From Tubiluchus corallicola (Eukaryota; Animalia; Priapulida), in the NCBI GenBank assembly GCA_030141605.1, contig JAQGDQ010001033.1:4729-68728 (forward strand): DNA of 64,000 nt, given 5' to 3'. Below are positions 39,441 through 53,873 of this stretch, in pieces. Each line of letters starts with the position of its first letter. The stretch's first letter is position 1. The notes below the pieces were generated by a model. The model worked only from the letters and a program-made list of their open reading frames with translations, was not told the DNA's origin and did not search any database. The translations under genes and the position numbers were made by a program.

Positions 39441-41311
39441 AAAAACAAAAGCATCAAGCAAGCGAAGGAACTATAGAAACACAAAAACAGAAGCAGCAAG
39501 CAAGCGAAGCAACTATAGAAACACAAAAACAGAAGCAGCAAGCAAGCGAAGCAACTATAGAAACACAAAAACAGAAGCAGCAAGCAAGCGAAGCAACTAT
39601 AGAAACCCAAAAACAGAAGCAGCTAGCAAGCGAAGCAACTATAGAAACACAAAAACAGAAGCAGCAAGCAAGCGAAGCAACTATTGAAACACAAAACAGA
39701 AGCAGCTAGCAAGCGAAGCAACTATAGAAACACAAAAACAGAAGCATCAAGCAAGCGAAGCAACTATAGAAACACAAAAACAGAAGCATCAAGCAAGCGA
39801 AGCAACTATAGAAACACAAAAACAGAAGCAGCAAGCAAGCGAAGCAACTATAGAAACACAAAAACAGAAGCAGCAAGCAAGCGAAGCAACTATAGAAACA
39901 CAAAAACAGAAGCATCAAGCAAGCGAAGCAACTATAGAAACACAAAAACAGAAGCATCAAGCAAGCGAAGCAACTATAGAAACACAAAAACAGAAGCAGC
40001 GAGTAAGCGAAGCAACTATAGAAACACAAAAACAGAAGCAGCAAGCAAGCGAAGCAACAATAGAAACACAAAAACAGAAGCAGCTAGCAAGCGAAGCAAC
40101 AATAGAAACACAAAAACAGAAGCAGCAAGCAAGCGAAGCAACTATAGAAACACAAAAACAGAAGCAGCAAGGGTGGGGGGTGGGGGGGTGGGGAAGCGAA
40201 GCAACAATAGAACACAAAAACAGAAGCAGCAAGCGAAAACATAGAAACAAAAAACGAAGCACGCAAGCGAATGGGGAGCGAAGCAACTATAGAAACACAA
40301 AAACAGAAGCAGCAAGCAAGCGAAGCAACTATAGAAACACAAAAACAGAAGCAGCAAGCAAGCGAAGCAACTATAGAAACACAAAAACAGAAGCAGGGGG
40401 AAGCAGCGGCAACTAGAAACAAAAAACAAACATCAAGCAAGCGAAGCAACTATAGAAACACAAAAACAGAAGCATCAAGCAAGCGAAGCAACTACAGAAA
40501 CACAAAAACAGAAGCATCAAGCAAGCGAAGCAACTACAGAAACACAAAAACAGAAGCATCAAGCAAGCGAAGCAACTACAGAAACACAAAAACAGAAGCA
40601 TCAAGCAAGCGAAGCAACTACAGAAACACAAAAACATCAAGCAAGCGAAGCAACTATAGAAACACAAAAACAGAAACAGCAAGTAAGCGAAGCAACTATA
40701 GAAACACAAAAACAGAAGCAGCTAGCAAGCGAAGCAACTATAGAAACACAAAAACAGAAACAGCAAGTACGCGAAGCAACTATAGAAACACAAAAACAGA
40801 AGCAGCAAGCAAGCGAAGCAACTATAGAAACACAAAAACAGAAACAGCAAGTAAGCGAAGCAACTATAGAAACACAAAAACAGAAGCAGCTAGCAAGCGA
40901 AGCAACAATAGAAACACAAAAACAGAAGCAGCTAGCAAGCGAAGCAACAATAGAAACACAAAAACAGAAGCAGCTAGCAAGCGAAGCAACTACAGAAACA
41001 CAAAAACAGAAGCAGCAAGCAAGCGAAGAAACTACAGAAACACAAAAACAGAAGCAGCAAGCAAGCGAAGCAACAATAGAAACACAAAAACAGAAGCAGC
41101 TAGCAAGCGAAGCAACAATAGAAACACAAAAACAGAAGCAGCTAGCAAGCGAAGCAACTACAGAAACACAAAAACAGAAGCATCAAGCAAGCGAAGCAAC
41201 TACAGAAACACAAAAACAGAAGCATCAAGCAAGCGAAGCAACTACAGAAACAAAAAAACAAAAGCATCAAGCAAGCGAAGCAACTACAGAAACACTAAAA
41301 CAGAAGCAGCA
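39441..41311. repeat. 42-bp A-rich minisatellite, ~44 copies
   Basis: Unit aagcaagcgaagcaactatagaaacacaaaaacagaagcagc; 14-aa periodicity in the ORF track. Confidence 0.96.
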
Positions 41312-44300
41312 ATTCAACTGAAAATCCTAAAGAAAAATACAAAACAAAGACAAGAAGACCTTATCATAAATGGAATTTTACATGGCCTCAAAGCACTTTT
41401 GTTCTTTAATAATTTGAAATCATTCATTTCCTGATAGCGACTGTTATAGTATAATTTCATAAAAAAGTATATAAAAAATTGCTTTTTTGCATATGGGATA
41501 TTTGTAGGATTCAGTCAAACGCCTCTTAATCAAATTCGCCAATGCCCGTCAATCATTGCAAACCTAAACTTTCAACACAGGGAGACTCGCCTCGCTCCTG
41601 TCATGCAGCAGACAGACATTAATGTTGACAAGTTTTAGCAGAGATAATTGCAGGGTTGCCAGTTTGGTGACAAACAAGGTGAAAGTCAACAGGCTTGGCC
41701 AATCAGCATAACTTAACTGAGCCGGCTTATGCCCCTGGCTATTTTACACACAATGGACAATGTGTACATGCCAAATTGCTTGAAACTGGACAGTAATCCT
41801 CTGTAAGCAACTACTAGCTGGTACAACTACAATTACCTGGTTTACCCAGGGATAAAAGATACCCAAAGGCAAACAAATTAGTAATTGTGGGGGTAAATAT
41901 AAAGGTGATAATGACAGTTATAATGGGGAACACTAATGCAGGCTAATTAATATACTTCTAATATAATTAATTAATATACATTTGGTCGTTTCTTCTCCTC
42001 TTTTCCTTCTTCCTATCCCTAATCTTACTATTTTTTCCATTCCATCATGTCTACTAAAGCTAACCGTTCTTTCATTCACTCATCCTCCCCTCCCTTCCTT
42101 CTTCCTATCCCTAAGCTTACTATTTTTTTCCATTCCATCATGTCTACTAAACCTAACCATTCTTTCATTCACTCATTTGTGCCACCTTAACAAGTCAAGC
42201 TTTCAAGGTATCATACAGCAACTCTTTTATTTGGTTAATTTGACTTCATCAACATTTTTTTTCCTATACTGTTTCCTTTTGTTATAATAATATTGTATGT
42301 TGATGTATTGTATATGTATTACTGGAGTGAAATAAATTGATTGATTGATACTTTAAAATCATCAGTCGGTTCTGCATCCTATCTTAAAAAGCGAAGTATT
42401 CGCGTTTAATGAAAAACACGAAACTTCTACAAACTGCACTTAGAATTCTTTTGCTAAAAACAACAGAAGTCCAGGCTTAATAAGCCCAATTTGGTTTAAA
42501 TTGTATAGAGGCGAAATTAAATGAACACAACGAATTACATCAGCATTACTTGTAAAGCCACAATTCAAAAGAACAAGCAACTATTCCATTTCATTGGTTA
42601 TCAAGTGCGTCTCACAACCTCTATCCTATGTCTTTGACTTTATATTTACTTTATTACATTTATTACTCTAATTATGTTTGTGTATTTTTATTATATATAT
42701 GCGTTCCTGAAACGTTATAGAGAAAAATAAACTTGGTCTGATTTGAATTGATTCATTTGAACTAATTAGAGCTGATCTGCAACAGAATACATATTACTGA
42801 CAAGATAGAAAATGCAAAATCGTGTCATGAGTTTAATTGTTTGCTTGTAATTGTATTGTGTGAAATTTCCTAGTGTCCAATCTCACATCTGTAGAGAACT
42901 AAATAGTCCACAAATAAAAGTTGTTTTAGTTACTTTTAATTGTGAACAATCTGCATTGAAAGTGGCGCAGGTTTAAAACATGCGAGAGTTTTTTGAATGG
43001 TTTGAGGTGATTACCAGTAATAAAATGGCCGAGTTTGAATAAACATCGATTTTTGTGTGCAGTTCAAGATGATTGGATGTGTTTGCATTAAATCAGTATA
43101 TTACATACATTGTGACAAATGTTTCATTGGGCATCAGGCTACCAGATGAGGTATATAGAGCTCGCAGGTCTAGACACACTCTCGGTGTGACTCAACTTCG
43201 AATATAAGGGACATCGGATATAAAGGACGGATGCAAAACAATGCAGTTGTTTTGGCCACAAAGTGGTGCAACATGGATTAGTATGCCCCCAGTGCATCAA
43301 CACTGTCAATGGCATCTCCTTTTCACTAACTCCGCAACAGTTAAACATCATTATTCCCTGAGAATGAAACAGTGTTTAAAAGGTTTACATCAGACTTCAT
43401 ATGCGGAATGTGTTTAGTGTTTAGATGGCACATCTGTGATGCAATATTTGTGGATTTAGTTCGCGCTATAAATCGTTCTTGTCCGATATTTTGTTGTCGT
43501 AAAACTAAGAAATTTGTAGCTGGAACATTCAGCCTGCTACAGCATCTACCTACTAATCAATCTGTGACAATCTTAACACGTCGAACAAATTTATTGTTGT
43601 AAAAATTTTAGGACTGGAGCAGCTAATATGAATCGGATGGGTACTAAGTGGAACCACATGACTATTCTTTGGCATTAATTAGTTAGGCCCACAATAATTG
43701 AATAGGCCTGTAGAAACAGCAATTATCAATAATGTGCAAATGCTCTACATGGTGTTTGTTTACTGTCGTCTATCAACACAGGCTGGTATGTTAGTTAACA
43801 ACAAAACAAAAACAAACTCAGATTCAAACTTCACTAATTGACTATGCCACCAGCACTTAGTCTAGTAGCCAGCTACATGAAATGTCGCAGTGGCTACTTG
43901 TGTTCAAGGGAGACCTGTTTTTTGCATACCAACTGAATTCTTGCGGGCTTGCGGAATCTTGCATCTTCGGAATCTTGCAAAGTAAATAGGTAATAACGCT
44001 TTACCAATATGTAACAACATTATTATAACACAGTTTAACACTTTTGAATGCTAACACGGACCCCCTGAGAAATTCATTAATATGCTCAGTATAACCTCAT
44101 GAGGATGTACAAAATATTACAATTAATGTCAACACTCGTTTCAAAGACAAATTAAATGCAGCGGACTCAACAATGCAAATACTGCCAATGTCCACGTGTG
44201 CTAATTATCAATTAAGTAATTAATTACTGCATGTTCTCTTAAATGACAATAGATCCAAAAGTTCATTATTTCCTGTCACCTTCATAACGTCCTCTTCTCC

Positions 44301-44401
44301 CCTTAACACTATAAATGCAAGTCACAACAAGCGATCGATCACTCATTCAGATAATAGTTTAGTCTAACCAATTAATCAGATTAATAGCTCATACTCACAA
44401 T

Positions 44402-44759
44402 CAGGGCCTATTTCAGCCTAGGCGAGGCCCGGGGAAGTGGGGCGTATGAGGCCCCATCGGGAGGAATGGTTGGCACCTAGAAAATTTTTGAACTGCTACA
44501 ATGCCGGAGAAGCATTTTCGAATGGAAAATATGGAGTTATACAGTTGTTAAAGGAAAGAACAATTGAAAGAAAAACTGCTTTATTCTCAAGACCCATCCT
44601 TAATACTTGTCAATACTGGCAAACGGTGCGCGTGCGGCAGGAGAGAGAGGAGGCAGTATGTTCGCATAAAGCAAAAAAATGTTACCTTGGCGCGAGGCCC
44701 CCCTGGAGGGTGAGGCCCCGGGGAAGTATCCCCACTTACCCCCCTTGAAATAGGCACTG
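44402..44759. mobile_element. hAT-like MITE
   Basis: TIR cagggcctatttca / tgaaataggcactg; perfect 8-bp TSD ctcacaat. Confidence 0.9.
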
Positions 44760-45288
44760 CTCACAATACATATAGTTACGATGTTAAGAAGTTTTGAATC
44801 ATCATTCATGCTGGTAAAGCAGCAAATAAGGCATTTAGGTAAGAGATGAAGAATCCAGGTATGTGAGTTTCAGTTTGTATGTCAAGCTAACAATGTTGAA
44901 GCTAACAATCCAGGCCAGGACATGAATAAAGTAAGCTTAGAGTATTATTTTCAATTTTACTTACACATGCTCACAATTTCATCCCAGAAGCACCCATCTG
45001 GCTTGGATACGATCAATGCATGATTCAGCTTTCAAAAAGCAAAATACGTGACAATGCAGGGTCGGACCATAGAGTAGCAGGCTTAATCGGCACTCAATCA
45101 CAATCCGGGTCCCTACCGATTGTCTCCGAGCAATCGCCTATTCAATGCGGTGGATTGGCTCGATAGGTAAAGGGCCATGTTAGCCTGCTGTTTGTTTCAA
45201 CAAAGGATTAATTGTTTTTATTACCAGACTAGGCAGCAAAATAAAAATATTATAACATCCAATCAGAAGCTTACACAGTTTTCCCATT

Positions 45289-45640
45289 ACATCCGTTAAT
45301 CTAAATTAACTTTTTACATCCGTTAATCTAAATGAACTTTCTACATCCGTTAATCTAAATGAACTTTCTACATCCGTTAATCTAAATGAACTTTCTGCAT
45401 CCGTTAATCTAAATGAACTTTCTACATCCGTTAATCTAAATGAACTTTCTACATCCGTTAATCTAAATGAACTTTCTACATCCGTTAATCTAAATGAACT
45501 TTCTACATCCGTTAATCTAAATGAACTTTCTACATCCATTAATCTAAATGAACTTTCTACATCCGTTAATCTAAATGAACTTTCTACATCCGTTAATCTA
45601 AATGAACTTTCTACATCCATTAATCTAAATGAACTTTCTA
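45289..45640. repeat. 27-bp minisatellite, ~13 copies
   Basis: Unit acatccgttaatctaaatgaactttct. Confidence 0.96.
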
Positions 45641-46221
45641 GAGATGTGACCATTTTAACTTGTGTCCAACCCACCCTTGGACTAAAAATAGGAACAATTT
45701 GCTCTGCCAGACAAATTGTGAGTCTCATAACATAAGAAAACTCGCCTGAGAGCATAACATTTAGAAATGAGGCGTGAAGTGTTTAAAGATAGATTAAACG
45801 GACTGCTATTAACGCAAAGGCTACACAAATTTAAATTTGATTATCATGCAAAATGTATGTCATTTATTAGGAACATAAGCATGTTTGTTTATCAATAATA
45901 ATGGTGATAATAATGAAGACGACGATGATATTTGTGATGATGACCGTATCAATAATTTCGAATAATTGCTTAGTTTACTTGAATAAACCCACATAGTAAC
46001 AGCAACTACTACACAGCTACTACTACTAGTAGCAGTAACAGTAAATTACTATAGTAAACCCACCATAAACACATTTTTGAAACAAAAGGGACTCTATACG
46101 ATTTGTAGGAATTTAATTATTTATCCAAGTTCAAGCACATTCATGATCGTCTGGTATTTCAACGACTGACATTTTATTTTTATTAAGATTAACATTCCAC
46201 AATAATTTACAGGGTATGTAG

Positions 46222-47234
46222 TGACCACAGATGAAGTCCAGGTGTGATAGGTATGCAGTCAGCAAAATGACCACAGATGAAGTCCAGGTGTGATAGGTAT
46301 GCAGTCAGCAGAATGACCACAGATGAAGCCCAGGTGTGATAGGCATGCAGTCAGCAGAATGACCACAGATGAAACCCAGGTGTGATAGGCATGCAGTCAG
46401 CAGAATGACCACAGATGAAACCCAGGTGTGATAGGCATGCAGTCAGCAGAATGACCACAGATGAAGCCCAGGTGTGATAGGCATGCAGTCAGCAGAATGA
46501 CCACAGATGAAGCCCAGGTGTGATAGGTATGCAGTCAGCAGAATGACCACAGATGAAGCCCAGGTGTGATAGGCATGCAGTCAGCAGAATGACCACAGAT
46601 GAAGCCCAGGTGTGATAGGCATGCAGTCAGCAGAATGACCACAGATGAAGTCCAGGTGTGATAGGCATGCAGTCAGCAGAATGACCACAGATGAAACCCA
46701 GGTGTGATAGGCATGCAGTCAGCAGAATGACCACAGATGAAGCCCAGGTGTGATAGGCATGCAGTCAGCAGAATGACCACAGATGAAGCCCAGGTGTGAT
46801 AGGCATGCAGTCAGCAGAATGACCACAGATGAAGCCCAGGTGTGATAGGCATGCAGTCAGCAGAATGACCACAGATGAAGCCCAGGTGTGATAGGCATGC
46901 AGTCAGCAGAATGACCACAGATGAAACCCAGGTGTGATAGGTATGCAGTCAGCAGAATGACCACAGATGAAACCCAGGTGTGATAGGCATGCAGTCAGCA
47001 GAATGACCACAGATGAAACCCAGGTGTGATAGGCATGCAGTCAGCAGAATGACCACAGATGAAACCCAGGTGTGATAGGCATGCAGTCAGCAGAATGACC
47101 ACAGATGAAACCCAGGTGTGATAGGTATGCAGTCAGCAGAATGACCACAGATGAAACCCAGGTGTGATAGGCATGCAGTCAGCAGAATGACCACAGATGA
47201 AACCCAGGTGTGATAGGCATGCAGTCAGCAGAAT
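46222..47234. repeat. 46-bp minisatellite, ~22 copies
   Basis: Unit gaccacagatgaagcccaggtgtgataggcatgcagtcagcagaat. Confidence 0.97.
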
Positions 47235-47362
47235 TACTAAAATGCGTACATCCATCATATCAAATACGCGGTCGCTCAACGAAAATCGACAGGGACCTGG
47301 AATGTTACAGAGTGCCGGCTTCCACTTATAGTATTAGGTGTTGGCCACTGTTTAGCACACTA

Positions 47363-47612
47363 GCCCATATACCGCACAGTGCAATGCAGCCTATATATCC
47401 TGCCTACTATTCGGGCTGGCCCAAACAGCACATCGGCTGCCCATATACCGCACAGTGCGATGCAGCCCATATACCACCCTGCCTGCTACTTGGGGTGGCC
47501 CAAACGGCACGTGCGGTACATCGGCTGCCCATATACCGCACAGTGCAATGCAGCCCATATACCACCCTGCCTTGCTACTTGGGGTGGCCCAAACAGCAGG
47601 TACATCGGCTGC
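47363..47612. repeat. Degenerate ~76-89-bp GC-richer repeat, 3 copies
   Basis: gcccatataccgcacagtgcaatgcagcc at ~47363, 47439 and 47527. Confidence 0.85.
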
Positions 47613-48279
47613 GATACCACAGCACTTAACAGAAACTGAGCTACACTAATTGCAGCATCAGTCTTCTTTTTTTGTTATGTAATAATAAATTGAAGATTAA
47701 AATCAATATAATAAATAATTACTTAAATTTTAATTGTAACTAATATTACTATAATTATCATTAAGATGAGCAATATTTCATATCTAGAGTTAGTGGTTTT
47801 TTAATGCCGCAAACTTTTTAAGCTTAAGAAGCCCGCTGTAAATAATCACAGGCAATAATAATGCATTTTGTTTAAAGCATCTTATTTAAATTTAGCTCAC
47901 ATTAGGTGTGTAGACAGGTGAGATATTTATCTCTTACTTTGTACTAACCACATTAAACCATATCTGTTAAATGCAGATTTCACTCAAGATCTTGCACTTC
48001 ACTTTAAAAAACTTTGGCTGTTAAGAATCCTCTCACTCGAAATTTCATTTTAGTGAGTAAACTTAAAAACACTTTCGGCAGTTTTTGCAATTGTACAATG
48101 AAGGAATTAACATTTTTTTCTATTGAGTTAAGTACAGTTTTATCTAAAAATTTTATAGTACTAAACACTGAAGTACATCTTTAATTTCCTTTTTATTACT
48201 CAAAACATTTTTAGCCCGAAATCCACATATTTCCTGCATATCTGATACAATAAGCGCAGGTAATTGAACATATGCGTTA

Positions 48280-48970
48280 TTAAAGCACAAGAAAACCCTC
48301 ATAAACATAAAGCTTGAAAAATTGGGCTTGAAATTTTTCACCACTTACTCACCGCTTTCTTGCATACAGGGCTTGGATCGGCAGTAACGCTGTATAAAAC
48401 ATGTAAATTAAAACTCCCGCGGTAACCATTAGACGCAGAATTTTTGTCGACAGGTCATTTGAAACAAGTTTAGATAACATTCTCTAAAAGTTGGAAAAAT
48501 AATCAGCGCATTCGTAGCGCACAAGTCACTAACTAAATAAAATTTAAATTTACTGTATCTTGTTAACAAGATTAAAACACGTTCATGGTTTGTGAGTGGT
48601 GCACCCTGGCGGGTGAGTCAGCGACATTTTATCAATTGGTGAAAACCTTTTATATAATTAATAATTTTCTTTTCTAGTTACATAAGTCTGTCAACCAGGC
48701 CAGCGAAATGATAAGTAAAATAACTTCACGTGAAAAGTTTTTTTTTGCGACATAGTTTAATATTGTCTTTCCTTTCCCTGATTTATGTTTGCGCAAGTGA
48801 CGCAATGGCACGGTTGGCACAGTGTCGCGGGAGATTTAAAATGAAAACAAACAACAATTCCTTTCAATGCAAGTACGATATATGCATAAAATGCTATAAA
48901 GTAATATAATTTTTTACTGAAGGTAATTTATCTGAAACCTACTTCAGGTACCCACTTTCTTCTCCTTTAA
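48280..48970 (+). mobile_element. TTAA-AG-terminated MITE family C copy 2
   Basis: ttaaagcacaagaaa ... tttcttctcctttaa; collinear with 22951-23723. Confidence 0.8.
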
Positions 48971-49301
48971 TGGATTGTTTCACTTGAATTATAATTTGTT
49001 TTGTACATATAGTACAGACTGAAGGTGACCTCCTTTTGGCACTCCTGGCAGAAGAGACAAAGAGGATCCTCTCAGCATTGCTAATATATTACTAATATTA
49101 TAAATGATTAACATTTATTTATGTGGTCCTTAAATATATTATTAAGTGTCATTTACAGAAAACAGTCAATTTTAGGAAAGGATTAGTGCATGGCAATGTG
49201 TCGTAGCATGGTTTCCATTTTGAGTAGAATCTGTTGACCATGACGATTGATTTACTGCGCTTTTTCCCATGCACATAAATGACACATACATAGTTCATTA
49301 T

Positions 49302-49351
<50 letters not shown>

Positions 49352-49359
49352 TATATATG

Positions 49360-49689
49360 TATCGGGTGGCGCAGAAAACTCTTTTTTAAAGTTTAGACTG
49401 CAGTAATATTAGAAGCAAGTGTCTTACACAGTTGAAATTTCACAGCATGATATTACAGTACATTAAAGGAAGACAGGATTTTTCTTATACTATCCCATTT
49501 TCAAGACCGATAAAAAGTATACATTTTAGCACGATTAATACTGCAAAAGTGTTTCTGATAATTAATAATACATTAAAAACTTACTTAATGGCGGGCGAGC
49601 CCAACTATTGATGACATCACAAACTAGCATGATTTTCTTCTGATAATTTCTCTATCAAAACATCTGCACATTTTTTGCGCCACCTAATA
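49360..49689. mobile_element. Tc1/mariner-like MITE containing a truncated family A element (49463-49635), next to a (TA)n tract
   Basis: Inverted ends tatcgggtggcgcagaaa / ttttgcgccacctaata, flanked by TA. Confidence 0.6.
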
Positions 49690-50120
49690 TATGTGTGCAT
49701 GGATAGCAAAATCATCCATAAATCAGCAATTAAGTTTTTCTAGTTCTTCACATAACCTGAATCTACATTTCGTGAGGATCATTTTGATACTAAGCTCATC
49801 CATCTATTTTATTTCTAAGCTGAGATAATCTACGTTAAAGTTGAGGTGCACGCTGGATACTGAAAAACGAAAGATTGAGAAAATTGCTGTTAAACTTAGC
49901 TATTGTTTTCTGTCACATTTCTACAAAACACTTAACAAACTTACAAAAGGTTGGTTACTACGGACTTTGCAAGAACACATCGAAGTTATGTTTAAATTCA
50001 GTAGGTGGCTCTTCCTGACAAAGATCTGGGCTTGGCAACAGAAAAAACTGCAAGCAAAACTACTGCCTCAACGAGCTATTATCAAAGTTTGAAAGTAGAA
50101 TTTTTCTGTTCAGAAAATAC

Positions 50121-51318
50121 TAGTGTTTACACGGGTAGCAAAAATCAGACTCGGGTGCCCTAATCCAGTAGCAGTGAAGAAATTGTAATCATTTATATTC
50201 ACAAATAAAAACAAGCCTGCAATAAGTACTTAAGAAGTCTACGAAATCAGTGAAATGCTTTGTGGGCAAAATACTAACTTTCGTGACTCACGTTAACAAA
50301 CAAGCATTCATTTACTACGCCGTGAGAGCCTGAACACTCGAGCTGTAAGAGGCAAAAGTTAGTGTTTTACCCACAAGGCATTTCACAGACTTTTTATCTG
50401 CCAGACTTCTTAATTACTTGTCGAATGCTTTATCAATGAGTGAGCTAAATCAGCCTAGGTCAGTGGTTCCCAAAGTAGGGGTAAATTACCCGCCGGGGGT
50501 AATATGGTTTTTTGGGGGGGAGGGGGTAACGGGCACCCCTCTGAAAATTTTTAAAACTTCGCTCGGAATGCATTTTACGTAGTTTTCTTCTTGAAAAGAC
50601 TGCCTCCGGCAGGTTCAGTAATTGCAATTCTTGTTTTGGCAACAATACAACAACAACACCTGGAAATTTATTTATGTCACGAGCAAACATAAATAATTTT
50701 GCTTGCTTGTGGCATATACGTGTGTTTACTTTTTGAGTTGGAGAAGTAGTACTAGGTGGGGGGTAATGGACACGACCGGGTTTCCCGATTTGGGTAACGG
50801 TCCGAGAAAGTTTGGGAGCCACTGGCCTAGGTGTACCGCACTGTACACTATTCATACAGCATAGAGATCACTGGAATAAAATAATCTATATTATCCTCTT
50901 GGTGTGCTGTTAACCTTAACAGTCTGTTTATTCTATCTTTGTTAGTGATCTTAAATAAGTTTTTAAAGATTAATAAACAATTCCATTTGGATAATTAACC
51001 TCCCGGTAAAGAAATCATTGTTTGTTTTTTTGCAAGTCGCCCCTACGGCAAAAATGGTTTGATCTGCTGTCTCCCTCCTGGCTGTTATCCTAGCAAGCAG
51101 TTAATAGTCTGCTAGTAGATAGGCCCATCTATTATCGAAGTGCACAGTAGACGGTGGCCATTTAAAGTTTAAATTTTCCAACACATCACAAAATTGTTAT
51201 TATTATATTGCATATCGTATTACAAAATTTAATGTGAGCATTTTCATTGTTGGAACCAGGTAGAAATACTACTAATAAACAATGCGGGTAACTACTCGGG
51301 TACCCGATGGAAGCACTA
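50121..51318. mobile_element. hAT-like non-autonomous element hosting a nested MITE
   Basis: TIR tagtgtttacacgggta / tacccgatggaagcacta; perfect 8-bp TSD gaaaatac (50113-20, 51319-26). Confidence 0.8.
50461..50824. mobile_element. hAT-Charlie-like MITE (nested)
   Basis: TIR cagtggttcccaaa / tttgggagccactg; perfect 8-bp TSD gcctaggt. Confidence 0.9.
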
Positions 51319-53873
51319 GAAAATACTAGTTAGTTTTTAGCCAGAGAAACGGTTACAGGGTTATAAAATTAAATTTTTAGTATTTTTTTGGACATTTTCT
51401 TGATGTTTCAATGCTAGAATACGAAAGTCCAATATATTTAGCATTTGCTTTTATAAAAAACAAAAAATTGACATTTGACCAAAATTTTGGTGCATTCTAC
51501 TTTGAAGCATCACATAACGTAGTTTTAACTAGGCCAACATATGAATGGTTTTGGTTTGTAAGCACACACACACATATATATACATGTAATTATATAAATT
51601 GATATAATTACAATATTCACTGTTGTCATTATATAACAGGAATTAGGCAAAGCAAATAATTCGTTTTTAAATCACTGAATTGTAGAATGCACATACAGAT
51701 AAAGTATGGGTAAATGCATAGATGAACGAAACTTGTTCAAACACGACAACACTTTGCAAGTAAAGCTTACCTAACTTTTTTATTAATTTTAATTTCAATT
51801 CAATTTCTTTTATTTGTCTCTTTTCTTATTATTCTCTTTTGTTAGTAATATTAACATATATCAAAGTTTCATGTACAATAATAATTACTGCGGTATTTGG
51901 GCAGTTCATATACCCACTTGTTTTCGATATATTTTGCGCATGCGCGTTAGTACAAGTGCCCAATGGCAATGTAGGTATTTTCAATTTTACTTACACATCC
52001 TTTCAATGTTATCTGTAACTGTATGGCAAAACAATAAGACAGTGTTTCCACAATAACAAAGAGTGATATGTGAGACATGACAGCAAGAAATTAATCGACT
52101 GCATCATCTTTTCTTGAAATTGTGATAACTAAACTCGCAATCGTGAAACCAAACCACTGCCATAAGCGGGCAGATGACGTAATTAAAACGGAAATGAGTT
52201 CCCGATTCAGCTTTCAAATTTGCAGGCCAAGGTTCACCGCGCACCCTTGACACGACTAACACGATACCGTTGACAGGATAATTACGCCAAAACTGAACAA
52301 ATTCTTTCTTTTCTGAAGGCAAATTTATGGCTATCACTAATAATTAGCGTTTATCCACACAATAATCCTTAAGAATTATAGGAAAATTTAGCCTAGCCAA
52401 ACAACTGGAAGTGTGACCGTGAAAGGATGGCATGAACAAAAAGGCTTTTGTATGTTGCTAAATGTTGAAAAAGATCAATCTAAACCATGGTTTAAATAGC
52501 AATAATGAGCAATACCTCAAGGCAAGAAGCAGTAAACTCATTAAGATAAGAATAGATAAGGACGTTTCTCTTATACACCTGTTTACTGTTTCGGCATGCT
52601 AAATCACCGTTATATTCTCTTGCATTAATAATAATAGTATTGGTTTGGTTCATTTATGTTGTTGTATCATGTTGACTCCCCAAAAGCAATTAAATAAAAT
52701 AATAAAAAGTGTTTCTGCCCGTTTAGCTTTAGTTGCTGCGTACTCACACGGGTCATCAAAAACGTACGCACGGTGCCATCTGTCGTTAAAAACGGTTTAG
52801 AAATGAAACTGAACAGGTACTGCTTACGTGGTAATAATCTTCATAATATTGTAATAAGGATTTCTCATCTGAATTCAGTTTAACAGTTTATGTCTGCTGA
52901 TTTAAATGTTTCTTTGATGTTCACATTCTGACAGCCCAAATGGACAAGAAAGAGAGGACAGGTTCTGTATGAATGTGTGAGAGAGTGAATGCGAGGAAAA
53001 ACAAGGAGAGGGAGTAACACAACGAATCTCGAGAAATGAACACTTGCTCTCTAGTTCATTAGCAAAATTTTGAGTAGGCACAAATAGACAAGAACAGCAT
53101 GTTTGTTCACAAGCGATTCAATATTTTTTTGAATAAATATACACAGTCGCAAACAAAAACAGGATGTCTATTGTCTAACAAATACATCACAAAGTAGGTA
53201 AACACAGCTAATAACCAAGTTAGTGGAAGTATGCAAGTCTACTACAATTGAGTAAATAACATAACTGATTTTTCAATAACTTTAATAAGTGACAGACGTA
53301 GAAAACTTTGTAAATAGAAACACAAAAAATATCAAGTACAATAATGTTCCTTAGATCTTCAACAACAACAGGCAAATATTAAGGATAGTGATCATCTTAA
53401 TAAAAGATTTATTTCATTAAAGATAAGAAAGCTACCTAAGTCCCTGTATAAGCAATTATTGTATGTACATTAGATTATCTGCACTTTCTCTTAATTTCTC
53501 TCAATCTACAATTTCATCTTCTATCGTAACATAATTTAAGATTTGCAATTTCTAATCGATCTCTTAACAGAGAAATTAAACATTTAGCCTAATTAAATGA
53601 CTAGTGCAATTAACAAAAAAGGTACAGCACTACCATTTCGTAATACAGTTTGAAAACGTAAAAAGTTATGACAATTATGAAATGACTTTATGTTTTATTA
53701 TTAAATTACGTGGCGCAAAGTATAAAGTTATTCATGCACTTTATTGCAAAATCAACCGAAGGTATTAAAGGTAAAAAATGATTGTTTTTTCGACTCATTG
53801 GTTTATGCCTGCAAAAGCTATTCTCGTGTGCATAATATTTACATAGCTTAGACGACATAAAAAGCAAAAACAA

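Noticed and set aside
39395-41434. Long ORFs in the 42-bp array (also 18323-19013, 45306-45755, 63038-63998)
   Set aside because: Translations of minisatellites or microsatellites whose units lack stops.
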